64,000 nt of DNA from Convolutriloba macropyga (Eukaryota): assembly GCF_964194025.1 (NCBI RefSeq), contig NC_134468.1, positions 74,834,001 through 74,898,000 on the forward strand. The letters are read 5' to 3'. A program made the translations under genes and the position numbers. This document shows positions 49,892-60,800 of this stretch, piece by piece. A model generated the notes under the pieces. It worked only from the letters and a program-made list of their open reading frames with translations. It had not been told where the DNA came from and searched no databases. Position 1 is the first letter of the stretch; each line of letters begins with the position of its first letter.

Positions 49892-50659
49892 AACTAGGGA
49901 AGACACCTGTTGTTTCGGCTCAAACCTTAAGAGTGCATACAAAATTTACGCCCCCATCTATTCAAGCTAAACTAGAGTACCATGCTATGTAATGATGGAA
50001 GCAATGGCTGATCATGAAAAGAGAGGGAGACACAACAGATTCAAAATGCGCCTTTGATTCTTACTCAAAACACTCGACATCTCGTTCTCCGTATTAACAA
50101 TATAGCTGGCAGATCGCCAGAAAACAGCCGATATAGCTTTATAGATCAACTAGGGAAGACACCTGTTGTTTCGGCTCAAACCTTAAGAGTGCATACAAAA
50201 TTTACGCCCCCACCTATTCAAGCTAAATTAGAGTACCATGCTATGTAATAATGGAAGCAATGGCTGATCATGAAAAGAGAGGGAGACACAACAGATTCAA
50301 AATGCGCCTTTGATTCTTACTCAAAACACTCGACATCTCGTTCTCCGTATTAACAATATAGCTGGCAGATCGCCAGAAAACAGCCGATATAGCTTTATAG
50401 ATCAACTAGGGAAGACACCTGTTGTTTCGGCTCAAACCTTAAGAGTGCATACAAAATTTACGCCCCCACCTATTCAAGCTAAATTAGAGTACCATGCTAT
50501 GTAATGATGGAAGCAATGGCTGATCATGAAAAGAGAGGGAGACACAACAGATTCAAAATGCGCCTTTGATTCTTACTCAAAACACTCGACATCTCGTTCT
50601 CCGTATTAACAATATAGCTGGCAGATCGCCAGAAAACAGCCGATATAGCTTTATAGATC
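49892..50659. repeat. Tandem triplication of a 256-bp unit
   Basis: Units start at 49892, 50148 and 50404 and differ at only about 3 positions. Confidence 0.97.
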
Positions 50660-50920
50660 TGCAGTCTCAAAGATACCAAGAAATTTGTCTTATTTTATTA
50701 ATTGAGATGCTATATTTGGATTAAGAATCTGCATTGATTATTGCAGCTTCTTTAAGCTGCTCTCAAATAAACATCAATCAGACTCACAGATACTTAGTTA
50801 TCAATATCTACTTGACTGAAAGCAAAGGAAAAACCATTTTGATAGTGAATGAAGTAAAGTCATTTGGGACATGAAAAGAAAGCCACATGTGATTCAAAAG
50901 TTAATCACGAGAATTATTTT
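50611..50920 (-). mobile_element. Truncated HINE-like copy E; its terminus is repeated at about 50099 and 50355
   Basis: atagctggcagatcgccagaaaacagccg followed by agatctgcagtctca...gctgctctcaaat, as in copies B and C. Confidence 0.65.
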
Positions 50921-50921
50921 A

Positions 50922-51870
50922 AACATAGCTGGCAGATTGCCAGAAAATAGCCGCAATAGCTTCGTAGATCTGCAGTCTCACAAAGATAAAAACAGAAACA
51001 TACTTAAGACATTTCTTTTTGTCAATTTCTGAAAAGTTATATTTTGATTACGAATCCGTATAACTTATTGCTGCTTCTATCAGCTGCTCTCAAATGACCT
51101 TAATTTGGAGTGACACGCACTCACTTGACCTTATCTCTTTGAATTAAAGTAACAAAAAGTCAATTTCAGAGTGAGGAAGTCATTTTTGAGAGTGAGATAA
51201 ATCACGTGTGACCAAAAACTTAATCACGCGAAAAAAACTGGCTCCAATAAGAGTGAAAAATGACGTCACGCACGCACTTCAGTTGAAATGGCATGAACGA
51301 ATGAATCAAAAGCAGATTTGAAGTGATTGTGACGTCATATGGTCGTAACAATAATCTTGACGAAATTTAAAAAATCCAAGAGAAGGCCCATAATAGCTAT
51401 TAAAAACACTCACGCAATCCAGTAGAAATTGCATGCATGAATTAACAAAAATCAGCCAACTAAATTCACTGAAGGGGGCTTCAAAAGACGCCATTTAAGG
51501 TTATTATATAGCAATATAACTACTAATAAAATTTAAAGTGAAAAAATACACTAATTTTGGCGAACTTCCACCAGTTGAGTTCAGCTGCTGAAACTTCTGA
51601 ACGAGAAATTTGGAACATTCACACAAAACGAAAAAGTCGAGGGCGAAAGAGTTCATCGAGAAGTCAAAACGGTCAAGCAACAACTTTGCACGAAGAAAGA
51701 CCAGCACGTTTACAACAATTGCTTCGACCTTCGTTCGAGGGGAATTAATCGCCATTACGCCTCTTCCAGTCCTAAAAAGACAGCGCCCCAATACAACTCA
51801 AATTCTTTGAATTGTTAAAACCAAGAGAAAGTCTATAATAGCCCCAACTATCGCTTAGCGGCTATCATAA
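50922..51870 (-). mobile_element. HINE-like element, copy C (about 0.95 kb), between CLYBL and ERAL1
   Basis: The left end is identical to copy B for about 55 bp. The right end cgccccaatacaactcaaattctttgaattg...aatagccccaactatcgcttagcggctat matches the copy A end. Confidence 0.75.
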
Positions 51871-51919
51871 AGAAATTGAAATTTGAATAATTTCTAATTA
51901 CATAATAAATACAAAGCAT

Positions 51920-53397
51920 CTACAAATTCATTTTCTGTTTAACTCGCAGGATATTTTTAGCCTGATTGACCAGTGGCATATCGACCATCCTGCCTTCAAA
52001 CAAAATAGCCCCCACGCCTTCACTTGATCTTTTGTCAAACTCAGCCACCAACTCAGTTGCCCACTGCAATTCTTCAGGAGAGGGCGAAAAACAAGATTGA
52101 ACAGTTTCTACCTGCTTCGGATTTATAACCTGTTTCCCATTGAAGCCCATTTTCTTTCCTTCTAAGCAGGTTTTGGTCAGACCTTCATCATTGGTCAAAT
52201 CAGTGTAGACCATATCAATTGCTTGAAGGGAGAACATTTTAGCGATCATAAGCAACTTCTGCCTTGCGTAAAGAACCTCAGTAGCGTCTTCGCTTCTGGT
52301 TGCACCAATAGCTGCACTGTAGTCATCAGAACCAAAAACTATTGAGTCCGGGACCAAGTTGCAGTTGAGAATAGTTGATAGCTCGTTCAGTTCAGTACAT
52401 ATGCTGACCAGATTGAGGATTGCTCGAGGTGTTTCGCATATGAGCACAATATGGGCTTTGTAATTTGGGGGTCTGTCAACTGCAAGTCCGTATATTTTAT
52501 TCATCAGCCACTCGACTTCGCCTATAAACGTTTATGCAATCTACAATTAATATCGGGCCTCTAAAAGGGGCCGTCGTTGAAAAAATAATCATTTCCATTA
52601 CCATAAATGCTACACTTGCTTGAATTAACCTTTACTGAAACATAGCAACAAATACATGTCTTCATTTCTGACGCAAACAATTTGCATCTTTTTTGCTTTT
52701 AAATCTTTTTCTGATAACTTTATTAACACATTACTTTCGGGAAAAAAATCAGCTCAATAACAACTAGACAAAATAACAAGTGATAGAAACGATCGCAACT
52801 GACGAAGAATTTTCTCACACTTCGCTTACCTTGTGTTTCAATTTTAGGCACGCAGATAGACTGAGGTGCATTTTGGGCAGTAAACAACGCATCTAAATCA
52901 TCAACAGCTCGCGGGTTCGAAACTGGGTTGATCCGAACACACACGTCAACGTTCGGTTGAAAAGTCACGTGATCTAACGAATGAACAATCAATTCTCTCG
53001 CTTTATCTTTGCTTGATTCGGCTACTCCGTCTTCTATGTCTAAGCATATGGAGTCAACAACTAGTTGCGAAGCTTTCGTGATCATCTTTTCACTATCTCC
53101 AGGTACGTACATGAATGCCCTTCTTGCTCTAGGAAGCAAAGAAACTTCGGTTCCTGGATCTGTAGAAGCAGAGCTCAAGCTTCTTGACGAAGAAACATGG
53201 GTTCTAGACAGATTATTACTATTACGTTGTGAAAATTCGGTCGCATAGTTCAATTTTCTGTCAACAATTGAGCTACTGAACCGTTTTTCCAGACAATGCA
53301 GGAATTTGGATCTTCCAGATATATGATTTGACCCAAAAGCATTAGCAAGACGACAGCATGTCGAGGCAAATACAAAACCGGGAATCTTCGCACTCAT
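51920..53397 (-). CDS. CLYBL: Citrate lyase beta-like / citramalyl-CoA lyase, mitochondrial, about 389 aa. Exons 52830-53397 and 51920-52521
   Basis: RRAFMYVPG, ICLDIEDGVA, CVRIN, VPKIE, VFGSDDY, AIDMV, GFNGKQVINPKQ, GRMVDMP. Basic, Ser-rich transit-like N-terminus. Phase-1 GT-AG intron at 52522-52829. Confidence 0.95.
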
Positions 53398-55099
53398 GGT
53401 CGTTTACAGTGCTCAACTATATAGGAATCATAGAGAGGTACATATCTAGCACGAGACCCATACAAAAATCTGAAACGATAGCAAGCACTTAAATGAAATA
53501 TGAAACAATTGCCTCCTGCAATATGATAACACACATGAGTGCGCCATTTGTAAACCATAACGCAGTTGTTAAAATAATCTATCATTTGAGCTGTTCCACA
53601 ATGAAAACTACAGGACCAAGCTCATACAAAATTTCGAGAACTAAGGATATGCTTATTAAAAGAATTTTAGATATGCGAAAAATAAAATTATTTTTTGAAA
53701 AAAAAAATTCTTAAAAATAAAGAATTCGCTGCAATAAGTGAGTTTTAAATATTTTCTGCTGACTTTTCATTAATATTTTTTTCAAATTTTTCTAAAGATA
53801 ACAAATAGCAATTATCATATAATTGATCAACAAACCCAGAAATGCAATACAATCTATGCACCCCCTCTTAAGACAATAAAGGTAACAAACGCCAATTGCT
53901 TGTTTTCTGAGAACCAAGTAAAATATCTTTACAAAAATATCTAGAAAAAGTACCAAAGAATCGTAGAGTAAACTACTTCACGTTTTAAAAATTACCCTTT
54001 CACACTGCCATATAACTTAAGATTTTTTACAATTAAATAATTTAGTCCGCAAAGTTTTTTAGAATAGCTTGATACTTTTCTTTAGATATTTTAAATGATT
54101 CCATCCAAGAAAATTGAACAAAAATTCCAGTAGAAACATTTTATGTCAAAAAATAAGAAAAATCTTGCTAACTTCTTTCAAAGTTCATTAACATCGTGCC
54201 CTACAATTCAAAAATCTTTATCGCAATTTTTCAAGAGATTGCGCGATCAATTCCATAGCTAAGAAACGCACCCGTTATAGCTATAAAGAACCATTAATAA
54301 TGATTCCCGAACGACGCTTAGAAAACATTCAAAAAGAATTTTGCTGTTCCAAAAACCGAAAGCCCTCCAAACTCCAAAACAATAAATTGGACTTTTCTAG
54401 CAGCAACAACTAAGCAAAACAAAGAAACCACTGGGATAAGACAGATTCAAAGCATTATTTTCGTTGCCTAACAAAGTATTTGCAAATCTAATCGTTAAAA
54501 ATACAACAACTGTTTTTTATCTTTGCTAAAAACAGAAACGATATTCGATCTAAATACAAACAGCGTCAACGTTAAGCCCAAATACGGAGCTCACGTTATG
54601 TAAAAAAAACTGGAAGGAAAGTTTTGTTAAAAAAGAACAACGAATAAACCGTTAAACTTTAAGACTGATTCAGATAAAAAATAAAAGGTAGCAATTTAAA
54701 TTAGAGCAGAAACAGTTACAAGTTTACAGTCATTGGACGAAACAGTAAATAGAGGCATGTAAACAAGCGTATTTTTCTATTATTAAAATTAGAAATCGCG
54801 TATTGCGTACTTTGCAAATTCTAAAAATTTTGCTTTTCCCAAAAAATAAATTAAAAGCTCCTTCATTAACTGCTGTTGCAGATTTCAGCCGTCGATCCCA
54901 GAGTAAAGCGGCATTGAGACGCATTGATAATTTGCATCGAAAAACCTGTCAAATGCTTTGCACATGAAAAATAAATAGACAGTTTTCACAAAAAAGTAAT
55001 AGATCAAAGTTTCAATTATTTTCACTTGCGTCAGTAGTGCAAACAAATATCTGATAAAAAACATTAATAACCCGCAAATTATTCAAACATAACCGACTA

Positions 55100-55495
55100 G
55101 CGTCGGGAAAATTGCTCTTAAACGACCGGCGAGTGGTCGGCTTCAGTAGCACCCAGCTGGGGCTCAGAGGTACAAGTATTGAGGGCGGTGGGGGTTGAGG
55201 GAGTAGGTCTGGGAGGGATGGTGGACGAAAATGGGGTCCAAACCATCAGGTGGAAAAAAGCGCCCCGGGGTGAATGGGGGGTTGTGATTGAGTCGATGGT
55301 GGAGGGGGTGCTCAAACTGTTCAGATTACGAACAGCCCTTCACACCATGAAAATCTCGCCTTAAAACAGTGTAGTTTAATCACAATCTTAGAGACTGATT
55401 AGGCGCCCTATGAGATGAAAAACCGGTCAGACGAAAAATCAAATATAAAGACTAATATGATTACCACAAACTTCGTTTGAGAGCAATTGAAGTCT
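55100..55495. repeat. Unclassified dispersed repeat, related to 26040-26490
   Basis: G-rich head followed by the shared cttcacaccatgaaa and cttcgtttgagagcaatt segments. Confidence 0.5.
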
Positions 55496-57344
55496 TTTTG
55501 GTCTCAGCTTTAGATACTTCAAATCTAACCAAGCTTTTCGATTATTCATCGGTTACAGAAGACTGATTTGTCTGATTTGTAGCTAGATAACAAAGAGCTG
55601 TAGCTAGGAAAGAAAAGTTAAAAACCAATATCTACTTTTTTAATAATGAATAACACCTATTTTTACGAAAGAGTTTTAAATTAATAGTAAAGTAATAACC
55701 AATATTTCATTCCATGTTAGCGATCAGTCTGTTCATTGTAAGGCAGCAATGCAATCATAATGAGCAAAAATTGATTGGAGACCAAGTTATTATACATCTT
55801 TTGATATCCCCAGGCGAGACTGGATGGTTATCTTGCAAGATTATGGCAGAAAAAGGTTATCATGCAAGATGTGGCAAAAAATGGTTATGTAGGAAGAAGT
55901 GCAAGGAAAAAAGTCGCGTCGTTGAAAAGTTCAAAACAGCGCCAAAATATTTATGAAAAAATGAAGAATTATTCAGACACTATTTTCGTATATATACATT
56001 GCCATATTTCAACAAAAACAAAAAAATAATTAAATGCCTAAATGTGGTAATAATTTTAAAAAATTCCTACAATTGACATTTTTTGTGAAATCAAAATAGA
56101 ACATACTGTTCAGAATCAAAACAATATATTCTGCGGCTCAGAACCAGCCTGATATTACATACTACTAATTGTACGTAGATCGCAAATCAAAAAGAATGGT
56201 CGGGTTAACATTCCTAAAAAAGTAAGTATGTCACTTAGAAATCAAATTTTTCGCTTGTTTCAATTTCAAAAAGGGAAATTATTTCGAGTCACTGAAATGT
56301 TTGAGGGGAAACAAACTGTTATCCCAGACTACAAACAAAACATTGTAAACAAAACATGGTAAACCTAATGTTCCTCGAAAGAAGTTGATATCTTAATTGG
56401 TAATATCATCAAAACCACTTTTTCACTTATATTGTCTTTGAGGGAAACATTTTAATGGGTCCAGGAGCTGTGAACAAAATGATATCCCAGACAACCAGTA
56501 GTATGTAGATTGTTTAACAAAAACAATGGTCAACATACAAGCCTTAGAAAAAATTTATGTCACAAATTTGTATGTCCATTTGAATGTCACCTGGAAAAAT
56601 CGACTTTTTTGTTTTAATTTCGAAAACTTAGAAATTTTATCGGGTCAAGGAGTTGTTTAAAGTGAAGCAAATTGTAATCATAGACCACCATCAGTATGTA
56701 GACTGTATCTGTATTTCATCAAGTATAACCACTCTGTGATTGCTGAGAAAAAGTAGCTTTATCTCATGTAACCAAAAATATTGATCAAGGAGTTGATCAA
56801 AATGAACCATATTGTAACACTAAACTGCCTCAATTTTGTAACCATAAAGAGCCCATAAATCTTAGACTGCAAGTTATCAAGTATGGCCATAAGCATTGTA
56901 AAATCAATGTATAAGCATTGTCATAAGCGTAAGAAAAAGTGGCTAATATTGTGATATAGTCATACAATGGTAATTTGTCATATAGTCATTTGTAGTGCTA
57001 AATCCCCTAATTTCATTTAACCTTAAATTTAGTTTAGTTTAGTCATTTATTATTTTTGTTCAATCTTTATCTGAAGATCAAATCTTCCTTGTTCATGCCT
57101 GCTAATTTGTTTACTTCAATGTCGTGATTTAATTCTCTGATCATGCTGTATGTAATTTTGTTTTGCCGCAAATTTCCTTTTAAAGTTATGATATGTTATA
57201 ATCAAATCGCTGATCAAAATTTCTTTAGTTCATATATATTCATTCTCCTGAATCTAAATTCTATTTTCAGTTGACTCTCTCTTTTTTCGAATTTCGCTGC
57301 GCAGATCGCTCAATTCAAAATATCTGATATAATCCTAATTTCAC

Positions 57345-57838
57345 TGTCATACGGCAATGGATACCCTTCATGTATCCATATCCGTATTTTATTTTATTTA
57401 GTTGTTGTAAATTCCATTTGAAGGGCAAATGCCATTTAAGTTCAGTTGATGTACACTTCCTCCCATTTTAGCAGTTTTTGTCTGTTCACTCTGTCTGTAA
57501 AGGAAATACATTCGTTCACGATATAAACAAATCCATGAGTTGCTTCCGTTATGTGTGATTAAACTTTGAACAAACTTTCTTTCTTAAATTGTATCATTCT
57601 TAATCTTCATTCTCCAATTTGCAGCGCTAACGCTCAGTTTAATTTAATTCTTGCAAACGCTTCTCATTTGAGCTCAGTAGTTTCGACTATAGTCAATCGC
57701 ACCGCGATTGCCCATTCTAGAAAATAATCATTTGAACGTAACGACTAAACTTGCCATTCGCGGCGCAAGTGCCTATCTCAACTTGTACGAGAGCATTTGC
57801 AATTCAATTGACTATACTCATTGTGTATGAGTATAACA
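57345..57838 (+). repeat. 5' LTR (494 bp)
   Basis: Begins tgtcatac and ends gtataaca (7/8 inverted match), directly followed by the PBS. Confidence 0.88.
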
Positions 57839-60800
57839 TGGCGCAGCCAGCAGCGGACTCAAAGAAAACACCACTGCACATAGAAGCCTTTTGGAAGAAA
57901 CCGACAGCAACACCTCCTCTGACGTGGGAAAAATGGACGCAGCAATGGAAACTGGCTCTACTTGCTAAGGAAGGGATACAATTAGACACCCTGTTAAATG
58001 ATCCCCCTGCAACGGTGACTTACCCGCCTGAACCTACCTACGAAGAACCGGTAGAAAACCACACACAGGCAACGGAAAGAGATCGTAAAGTTCGAAATCA
58101 GCAGTTGAAAGTAAACTGGCAAAACCGTTGTAAAAAGGTTGAAGAAATTGGGATTCTTTGTCGAGACAAACCGTGGGGAACTTGTGAGCAGAAGACGATA
58201 TCGTTGCTATATCTGAGCATTGGTACAGAGGGACGGCGGATTTTCAAGAGTAAATACCCTCATTTTCAGATAGAGAAACAACCTTTTAAAGACTTGTGGC
58301 GGGCAATGGAGGATTCAATCACAAAGGTTCGTAATATAACTTACGATCGCATCGTTTTCTACTCGTGTAAGCAACCAAAAGGAGAGTCGGTGGAAAGTTT
58401 CTATGGTCGTCTCATAGAATTGGCGGAAAATTGCACTCTGGGTAGTGAAGAGACTACATTGATCCGTGATGCATTCATATTGAATATGCTTGATCACGAC
58501 ACACAGAAGGAATTGTTGAAGGAAACAATAGAACCACCAAAAGCATTGGAGATAGCCATACAAATGGAAATGGGAGCGCAGAATCAGCAAAAAATAAACC
58601 AAAACTTGATGTCAGGTACTACTTCTGTGAATTTCATTAATAGTAACCCAGTACGCAATCGCAATGCGAATGGATCTTCAACAAAACGAGACTTCACAAG
58701 CTACCCAACTGTCCCTCAAAATTATCAATTTACGAGTGTTTGTATGAATTGTGGTCTCCGTTGGAGTCACAATCATAAGCAGATTTGTCCCGCGAATGGT
58801 AAGAAATGCAATAATTGTGGTATTATAGGTCATTTCGCCAGAAAATGCCGCAAACCGAAAAAGTCGCAGAATCCGATACAGAAAACTCAAAAATCAAATG
58901 TAAACCAAATCGATCAATCGCCGGAAAAAAGTGATGATGAAGAATCCGTCAACTATATAACAAGCTATCAACAATTGTATGAACAGGTGTACGATTCAAA
59001 CTACGATAGTGATTCCGATGACTATGTAGCGGCGATTTCTTCTGATTCAGTTCATCAATTGAAACCACTGAATGTGGAAGTTCAAATGGGGGAAATAAGA
59101 ACATCTGCCATGATTGACTCTGGAAGTGCCGTCAGCATCATAACAAAAAGTTTAGCGAACAAAATCATCCGATCCACAAAATCAGCCAAATGAACAGATA
59201 CAACAGAAAAAAGGAATTTGAAAACTTTCTCAAACGAACCAATCAAAGTCATTGGGCACTTGGAAACCACAGTAATCTACAATCAATGGAAAGACACATC
59301 AGCGATGCTGACTGTTGTAGACGATGGGCACAAAAATATCATCGGAAGAGATCTGTTCACTACATTAGGACTTGCAGTTGTTCAACAACAACCAGAAACT
59401 GGTAAATGTGTTTATGACATCAATAATTCTACATGTAAAATTAAAGAGACAACCGCGACGCAATTTCCACATCTAATTTTAAGAATTGGCTTATCTAAAA
59501 CACATGCAGCGAATTCAAAGTTTCATCAAAAGTTTACAGCAAAGCATCAAAAAGGTCGACGTGTTCCGATAAATCTCCAACCTAGAGTGTCAGAAGAATT
59601 AGAAAGATTACAGACTGAAGGTCATATCGAAAAACTATCTAGTTGCTCTGACGAACATTTTATCTCCCCGATCGTAATCACAGTGAAAAAAGATCAGTCG
59701 ATAAAGCTAGCATTAGATTCTAAAGTACTAAATAAAGCAATACATAAAAATAAATACCAAATGCCTAATATCGAAATGTTAATTGATACCATCTCACAAC
59801 ATCTTACAAATACACAAAACGGCCAACACGCATATTTCACCACATTAGACTTAAAGTATGCATATAGTCAACTAAAAATGCATCATGACACAGCAAAACA
59901 CTAATTTTAACATCATATGTGGCGAATCTACTGGTACATATAGATTCAAAACTGGTTTTTATGGACTTACAGATATGCCGGCAGAATTCCAAAAAGCCAT
60001 GGATTACACACTCATAGGCTTGCAAAACACATACTGTTTCTTGGACGATATCATAATCGTTAGTACCGGCACTGAAGCAGACCATTAAGCATACGTTTAC
60101 AAATGTCTCAAAAAATTAGATGACGATAACTTAAGAATTAACCTCCAGAAATGTCACTTTGCTAAATCGGAAATAGAACGGCTAGGTTATAAGATTACAC
60201 AGACTGGAATATCACCTTTAGAGAGCAAAACAGCAGCAATTTTAACAATACCACCACCAACAACACTAAAACGACTTAGATCATTTCTAGGGTCAGTACA
60301 CTACATCGGTAAATTTATACCACACTTAGCACAATTATGTCACCCTCTTAGACCACTTTTAAAGAAATCTGTAAAATTCATCTGGACAGATGAACACACG
60401 AAACATTTTAATCTGATTAAAAAAAATCGCAAACAGTACAGAAAATAGCCATTACAATCAAAAATTGGATGTCCGCGTAAAATGTGATGCTTCACGTTCA
60501 GGATTGGGGGCAGCATTAGAACACACCAGATGGTTGGAAGCCAATAGCATTCGCGTCACGATTTCTTAATTCCACGGAAGAACGCTACAGTGTCAATGAA
60601 TTGGAACTGTTGGGGATAGTTTGGTCAATTGACTATTTTAATTATTTGTACGGAAAAAAATTTACGGTAGTAACGGATCATAGAGCCCTATTGTCTATAC
60701 TTAAAGAACATCGATCTAACAAATCATACAATAGTCGACTATCTCGATGGATCGATAGATTACTTCCGTACAATTTCACAATTGAACATATGCCAGGTGC

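Noticed and set aside
50054-50504. Two identical 64-aa ORFs
   Set aside because: By-products of the 256-bp triplication, with TTG starts and no coding features.
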